NCBI GenBank assembly: GCA_963668695.2
Contig: CAXXLQ010000004.1
Location: 2,432,001 to 2,496,000 of the forward strand
DNA: 64,000 nucleotides
Direction of reading: 5' to 3'
Source of the DNA: Vicinamibacteria bacterium
GTDB lineage: Bacteria; Acidobacteriota; Vicinamibacteria; Marinacidobacterales; Marinacidobacteraceae
The notes beneath the pieces were generated by a model. That model saw nothing but the letters and a program-made list of their open reading frames with translations, was not told the origin of the DNA and did no database searches. Positions within the stretch are counted from its first letter, which is position 1, and each line of letters starts with the position of its first letter. Of the stretch, positions 61,130-64,000 are shown in pieces. The position numbers and the translations under genes were made by a program.

Positions 61130-62019
61130 TCATGGCCGGGCCCCCACCGTGCTCTTCTCGAGGCGGTTGAACACCAGCGACAGGAAGTAGCACAGGCAGA
61201 AGTACAGACCGGCGACCGTAATCCACACCTCGAACACCCGGGTGGTCGAAACGGCGGTTTCCATGGCCAGGAAGGTCAGTTCCTGGATCGAGATCAGGGA
61301 GAGGATCGAAGAGTCCTTCACCAGGGTGATGAACTGCCCGGCGAGGGGCGGGATCACCCGCCGGACGGCCTGGGGAAGGATCACGCGGCGCCAGAGTTGC
61401 CAGCGGGAAAGCCCGATGCTGAGTCCGGCCTCGCTCTGCGCCTTCGGAATGGACTGGATCCCGGCGCGCACGATCTCCGTCATGTAGGCGCCTTGAAACA
61501 TGGAGAGACAGATGACGCCGGAGATCACGTTCGGAATGAGGGTGGATGGGCCGAACAGCAGTTCCAGCGGGCGCAGTGTTCCGGGGAGGCCGCGCGTACG
61601 AAGTCCTCCACCCCCAGGATCGGCATGATCTGGCTGCTGATGAAGAAGTAGAAGATGAAGATGAAGACGAGCGGCGGGATGTTCCGGATCAACTCGACGT
61701 AGCTCCGGCTGAGCAGTCGCGGAAAGAGGCGCCGGCTTGTCCGCATGATGCCGAAGACGGCTCCGAGCAGCGCGGCCGGGATCATGCTCAGCAGCGCCAG
61801 GCGAACCGTCGTGTAGAACCCCTGCATCAGCAGGTTCGGGACCCAGCGCCGCAGTTCTTCGTCCCACCGGTACAGGAAGTGTGGGATGACCGTCTAGTCC
61901 CAGCGGTATTCCAGGACGGAGTCCACCCGGTATGCGACGTAAGCGACGGCCGCGATCAGCGCGGCAAAAACCACGGCATCGAACCAGCCGAGTCGAGGGG
62001 CGTGTCCAGGTAGTCTCAC
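61130..62019 (-). pseudogene. Amino-acid ABC permease with in-frame TAG (~61895) and frameshift (~61570)
   Basis: YVELIRNIP, AYMTEIVRAGI, PQAVRRVIPPL, VKDSS; reads WD*TVIP where Trp is expected. Confidence 0.8.
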
Positions 62020-62050
62020 GTTCGGCGGCGCCCCACGCTGTCCACCGGAG

Positions 62051-62892
62051 TTACTCCCGGGGACGAACCTCGTCGATCCAGTTCGTCGTCTTGAACCAGT
62101 AGTCGTAACGCTCCGTCAGCCAGCCGCTGGTGGTGTTGACCCGGATCCAGTTGGAGAAGAGTTCAGCGCGTCCGGATCACCTTTGCGCAGCCCGAACGCT
62201 TCGTCCCCCTGCGAAAGGCTTTCGGTCGTCGGAAGAAAGAGGAGTTCCGGTTTGCGGCCCACCCATTCCACCGGGTTCGGGTATGAGGACACGATGGCGT
62301 GGGCGTTGCCGTTCAGAACCTCCTGCAGGGCCTGGATGTCGTCGTCGAACCTGCGCACCGTCGCCTTCGGGAACAGCCGGCCCACGTCGCTGCACGAGGT
62401 CGCGCCGCGCCGGCAGGTGAGGGTCACTTCCTCGTGGTCGTAGTCGTCCGGCCACCGCAGGTTCGCGGTCAGCGCCCGGTTGGCCGCGACCCCCATACCG
62501 GAGTGCGCATAGGGGATGGTGAAGTTGATCGTCAGGTTCCGTTGGGGGCGGACGCTCAGGCCGCCGATGATCACGTCGAACTTGCCCGCGATGAGGGCCG
62601 GGATGATGCCGTCCCAGGAAGTGGGCACAAACTCGAGATCCACGCCCATGTCCGCGGCGACCTTCGTCGCGACGTCCACTTCAAAGCCGACGAGTTCCCC
62701 GTTCCGGTTGCGCATCGCCCACGGCTCGAAGGTTGAAACCCCGACCTTCAGCGCACCGCGTTTCTGGATCGTCTCGATGACGCTCTCGCCCGTGCGCTGC
62801 GGCGCGGCGCACTGCGCCAGGAGCCCGGCGGCGACGCCCAGCGTGAGGAGCGAGACGAGCGTCCGTGGTAACCGGCTGCCGGCAGGACTCAT
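62051..62892 (-). CDS. Amino-acid ABC substrate-binding protein, frameshift at ~62160
   Basis: GFEVDVA, WDGIIPALIAGKFDVIIGG, RKGDPD.LN; tail (YDYWFKTTNW) lies in another frame. Confidence 0.85.
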
Positions 62893-62933
62893 TCGCTTCT
62901 CCTTGATCTTGGGATGGTGCGGAACCCGGGACG

Positions 62934-63760
62934 TCACGCTCGCACGCGCTGCTCGAGGCGGCTCGCGGCTGCGGAGAGGGCCACGGTGAACGCCAGGTAG
63001 ATGGCGGCGACCGTAATCCATACCTCGAAACTCAGGAACGTCTCCGCGATGATGTTTCGCGCCTCGGTGGTGAGGTCGAACACGGCGATGACGCTGACGA
63101 TCGCCGAGTTCCTGATGAGCGAGATCACGATCCCCGTGAGGGGCGGAAGCATCAAGGGTACCGCCTGCGGAAGGATCACCGACCGGTAGAGCTGCGCCCG
63201 GCTGAGGCCGAGGCCGGCGCCCGCCTCCCACTGTCCGCGCGGGACGGAGAGGATGCCCGCCCGGATCGCTTCGCCGGCAAACGCTCCCTCGAAGACCGAC
63301 AGCGCCAGGACCCCGACCCAGAACCGGTCCATGCCGAGGATCGGGCCGAGAACGAAGTAGAACAGGTAGACCTGGATCAGCAGCGGGGTGCTGCGTACCG
63401 CTTCGAGATAGATCTTCGCGAGGATGCGTCCCGAGAACGAATCCGAGAGGCGCAGGAGCGCGGCCGTCAGTCCGATCGCGAGGGTGATGAGGACGCTCCA
63501 GGCGGTGAGCGCCAGCGTGACCGTGAGCCCGCGCGTGAGCGGCCCCACAGAAGCTCGCCCTCGGCGATCTGGAAGAGGTAATCGGGAATCCGGTACCACT
63601 GCCAGTTGTAGCCCATCCTCAGGGCGCCGGAGACCGCGAGTCCCAACAGGGCGCCGACGAACACCGTGAACTGGAGGGCGTCGAACCACGGCGCGTTCCA
63701 CCAGCGTCCGCGCCGGACGTCCGGCGGCGGCGGGCGGGAGGCGGGGAGCGCCCGGCCCAT
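62934..63760 (-). CDS. Amino-acid ABC permease, frameshift at ~63550
   Basis: YNWQWYRIP then GPLTRGL in another frame; RSTPLLIQ, E.IRAGI, PQAV...PPL. Confidence 0.85.
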
Positions 63761-64000
63761 CAGCGACGCCTCCCGTGCCGATTCCTCTTGTCCACGGAAT
63801 GCGCGGCCGGTGCGGATCGCGTTGTTTGAAATTCCGTCATGTTCACAGCTTCAGGACACAGCGGCCGGCGATGCGGGATTCGGCTCTTTTCGGATTGGGC
63901 GACTCAGTCGTTTTTTGCTGCCCGGGGGGCTCTTTTCCTCTTCCGGTTCGGTGCTTCCGCGGCCTTCATTTGCCGGCGCGATACCCGCCGCGACAATGGG

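Overview
High-GC bacterial chromosomal window. The gene style (TonB receptors, BNR and TPR proteins, lipoproteins) resembles Acidobacteriota, but that is inference only. The backbone genes are ampG, a TonB-dependent receptor, cobO plus a btuDFC-like corrinoid ABC importer, peptidases, an AddAB-like helicase/nuclease pair, a squalene synthase-like gene, an RND efflux operon and a polar amino-acid ABC operon. Accessory DNA is abundant. (1) A lower-GC, translationally coupled two-gene cassette (HTH + VPA1262/PLD-like protein and a 718-aa unknown) is a candidate defence module. (2) A tandem array of metzincin-protease + Ig-like lipoprotein cassettes shows patchy non-synonymous divergence, and one cassette sits inside istB of an IS21 between 47-bp direct repeats. 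(3) A ~20-nt oligomer, CCAGTTCTCCCGGTGGGGGC (about 30 copies by manual count), is inserted at variable positions into two unrelated repeat families, a ~185-bp MITE and a REP-like hairpin; empty and filled versions of both are visible. (4) Phased direct repeats lie upstream of an AAA-DUF4143 gene and a secreted nuclease. Several genes carry frameshifts that may be real decay or sequencing error. All product calls come from motif recognition by eye; no database searches were run.
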